A stretch of DNA of 64,000 bases from the human T2T-CHM13v2.0 reference genome, Homo sapiens: NCBI RefSeq assembly GCF_009914755.1, contig NC_060944.1. The stretch is one strand, 5' to 3'. The notes below the pieces were generated by a model. The model saw nothing but the letters and a program-made list of their open reading frames with translations. It did no database searches and was not told the DNA's origin. The position numbers and the translations under genes were made by a program. Positions 61,193 to 64,000 of this stretch are shown one piece after another. The stretch's first letter is position 1, and the number at the start of each line of letters is the position of its first letter.

Positions 61193-61363
61193 GGTGTGGT
61201 TCACACAGTTGGGGGCTACATGCTCTATGTAGCCACAACCTTCAAGTATGTGTTTGACTTCCATGCAGAGGATGTGTTCTGGTGCACGGCAGACATTGGT
61301 TGGATCACTGGTCATTCCTACGTCACCTATGGGCCACTGGCCAATGGTGCCACCAGTGTTTTG
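61193..61363 (+). CDS. ACSS2: ACSS2 exon 9 (171 nt; [12 protein letters not shown]...[25 protein letters not shown])
   Basis: Acceptor cccacag|, donor TTG|GTGAGA. Confidence 0.97.
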
Positions 61364-61659
61364 GTGAGAAGGGAGCCACCTGGCCTAGCTGGGGGATGGA
61401 CAAGATTATCCTGGGTGACTACCTCCCAAGGCTGCTTGGTCTAGAGGGAGGGGGACTTATACAATCATCTGTTTTCTGGAGAAAGAGAAGTCCTGAGGGG
61501 GTTGCGTATCCTGACTAGGATGGTATCTTGGCTTGTCTGGCCAGGGAGTGAAGATATGGTTGGTCAGAAAGGGCAAAATACTGAACCTGAGGGAATGGTA
61601 GGGGGATGAATAGAAGGACTATTAGGAAAGACTGGGAATGACCAGCCTTCATGGGTCAG

Positions 61660-61793
61660 TTTGAGGGGATTCCCACATATCCGGACGTGAACCGCCTGTG
61701 GAGCATTGTGGACAAATACAAGGTGACCAAGTTCTACACAGCACCCACAGCCATCCGTCTGCTCATGAAGTTTGGAGATGAGCCTGTCACCAA
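61660..61793 (+). CDS. ACSS2: ACSS2 exon 10 (134 nt; [14 protein letters not shown]...[20 protein letters not shown])
   Basis: Acceptor gggtcag| (weak tract), donor CAA|GTGAGA. Confidence 0.95.
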
Positions 61794-61983
61794 GTGAGAC
61801 CTCTTCCCAGTTGCTGCCCTGTGGGTATCCCTCAGAGCTGGGTGCTGGCCTTTGTACAGTCTCTTCTTTTCCATTGTCCCAACTCTCTGACCTGGAATAG
61901 AGGATGGGGCAAGAGAAAAGCCTGGGTATGTGTGTCTTCCAGTAGTACTCAGAGCCTTCCTCTCTCCCATTCCCCTGCCCCAG

Positions 61984-62116
61984 GCATAGCCGGGCATCCT
62001 TGCAGGTGTTAGGCACAGTGGGTGAACCCATCAACCCTGAGGCCTGGCTATGGTACCACCGGGTGGTAGGTGCCCAGCGCTGCCCCATCGTGGACACCTT
62101 CTGGCAAACAGAGACA
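61984..62116 (+). CDS. ACSS2: ACSS2 exon 11 (133 nt; [22 protein letters not shown]...DTFWQTET)
   Basis: Acceptor ccccag|, donor ACA|GTGAGT. Confidence 0.97.
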
Positions 62117-62197
62117 GTGAGTGAAGGGTACAGAAGGCTGGGGCCCAGGGACAATGTGGGAAGATTGACTCAAATTTCTCATCTCTGACTTCCCCAG

Positions 62198-62254
62198 GGT
62201 GGCCACATGTTGACTCCCCTTCCTGGTGCCACACCCATGAAACCCGGTTCTGCT
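62198..62254 (+). CDS. ACSS2: ACSS2 exon 12 (57 nt; GGHMLTPLPGATPMKPGSA)
   Basis: Acceptor ccccag| after an 81-nt intron, donor GCT|GTGAGT. Confidence 0.96.
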
Positions 62255-62439
62255 GTGAGTGATGCTTCCCTGGCTGGTCTTGGGCTAGGCAGGGATGGTG
62301 TCTTGGGGCACTTGGCCTAGTTAGATAGTGGAGAACTGGACTGACATGTGTGAAGAATTTGGGGTTCTGGGGCCCCTTGGGAGTTGAGTCAGAGTTGCCT
62401 CATTCCTCTTCTTGGGTTCTGTCTCCCGTTTGCTTCTAG

Positions 62440-62520
62440 ACTTTCCCATTCTTTGGTGTAGCTCCTGCAATCCTGAATGAGTCCGGGGAAGAGTTGGAAG
62501 GTGAAGCTGAAGGTTATCTG
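62440..62520 (+). CDS. ACSS2: ACSS2 exon 13 (81 nt; TFPFFGVAPAILNESGEELEGEAEGYL)
   Basis: Acceptor ttctag|, donor CTG|GTGAGG. Confidence 0.96.
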
Positions 62521-62962
62521 GTGAGGCCCTGGCCCTTGGGAGTCTTTAAGGAGAGAGGGAAAGGGTCTGCCAAGGGTACTTTGCTTTAGAGTTAATAACC
62601 TAATCTCTCCTGGTAGCTGCTTAGGACTGAAACTTCATGGTTGGAGGTTTGCTCACTGAGAGACCCTGGAGGGGACCCTCGATACTTTGCCTGCATCTCT
62701 TCCTTTTGGGCCATAAGTCTCCTAAGGGCGTTTTAAGAGTTGCTCAGATTCCTGATGGTACCTTTTTGGGTCTGGAAGACTAAGTCCCATCTTCTTTTGA
62801 CAAAGATTCTACAGAAAGGAGGCTTTATAACATAGTAGAAAATCACGTAGGATCTGGAGTCACCCTGCCTGGGTTCGAATCCTAGCTCTGCCTCTTCTGT
62901 GACCTCAGATAAGTTATTTAACACCTCTGAATCTACATTTTCTAATTTGTAAAATAGGGTTA

Positions 62963-63270
<308 letters not shown>

Positions 63271-63976
63271 TGCCTTTGTCTCCTATGGTTGCTTGCTTGA
63301 TTGAGTTAGATAATCCACATGAAGGGGTTAGCAGAGAAACTAACAATTAGTACTTGATAAACATTAGCTGTTGTGATTATTGTATTCATACTTGCAGGAG
63401 CCTCACCTGTCCCTTCAACCCCACCCCATTTCACTTTCCCAAGAGCAAGTTAGTAACAGGGACAGGGCTTACATCCAGGCCTTCTGACTCAGCCTAGAAT
63501 TCCATCCATTCCATCGATCTGCTGCCAAAGAATGTTACTGATTGGGCAATAATTATTTACTTGGTGTGTGGGCACCACTGTTTTTTAAATGAGTGTTTTC
63601 ATTTGTATCAAACTGGACCTGCTTTCCTCAAGGATTGCCCAAAAGGAGACACAAATTTACTAAACACTTATCAATAATAGAACACCGTGCTAGGCAATTT
63701 CCATATACTATTAATTTAATCCTCACAATAACTTTGGAAGACAGAAAGTATTTTCTCTGATTTACAGATGAGGATCCTGAAGCTCAGAGGGGTAAAGTTA
63801 CTTCTCTGAGGTCACCTAGCTAGTAAGTGGTAGAGCTGGGATTCCAAGCCAGGATCCTCTGTCTCCAAAGCCTGTACTTCATTCAGGACACTTTCCCCCA
63901 CATTTAGAAAAGCTGTAATTATCTTCCAGTGAGACAGCATAGCAAATGTGATCACTGTCCCTTCCTCACTCCCCAG

Positions 63977-64000
63977 GTGTTCAAGCAGCCCTGGCCAGGG
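63977..64000 (+). CDS. ACSS2: ACSS2 exon 14, truncated by the window end (VFKQPWPG)
   Basis: Acceptor ccccag|; PWPG motif of acetyl-CoA synthetases. Confidence 0.93.

Noticed and set aside
61564-62154. 196-aa minus-strand ORF across ACSS2 exons 10-11
   Set aside because: Antisense shadow of coding exons; non-ATG start and no homology I recognise

Overview
Primate, almost certainly human, genomic DNA. From recalled protein sequences it is the GGT7/ACSS2 locus (human 20q11). GGT7 (glutathione hydrolase 7) lies on the minus strand, with coding exons 1-7 in the window (ATG at 13456; 338 codons assemble in frame; the gene runs off the left edge). ACSS2 (acetyl-CoA synthetase 2) lies on the plus strand, head-to-head with it (ATG at 17287; exons 1-13 and the start of exon 14 assemble in frame, plus a 39-nt cassette exon). 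The remainder is intronic or intergenic DNA with about 50 Alus or Alu fragments, a solo LTR12C-type ERV9 LTR nested in an old L1, an LTR16-like LTR, MIR/L2/hAT relics and microsatellites. I found no RNA genes, no CRISPR array and no new protein-coding gene, and I cannot support a wholly new biological system. The best leads are at the level of splicing and regulation: (i) the 39-nt ACSS2 cassette exon completes a bipartite-NLS pattern; (ii) a GC-AG donor with (GT)22 directly behind it splits the AMP-binding loop; (iii) a clean 57-nt in-frame candidate exon or recursive splice site sits inside the 30-kb intron 2; (iv) an intact antisense LTR12C promoter points towards GGT7; (v) three degenerate ~19-20-bp-period arrays surround the promoters; (vi) there is a very young AluY and a short local templated duplication. 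All coordinates were read by eye, and repeat boundaries are approximate.
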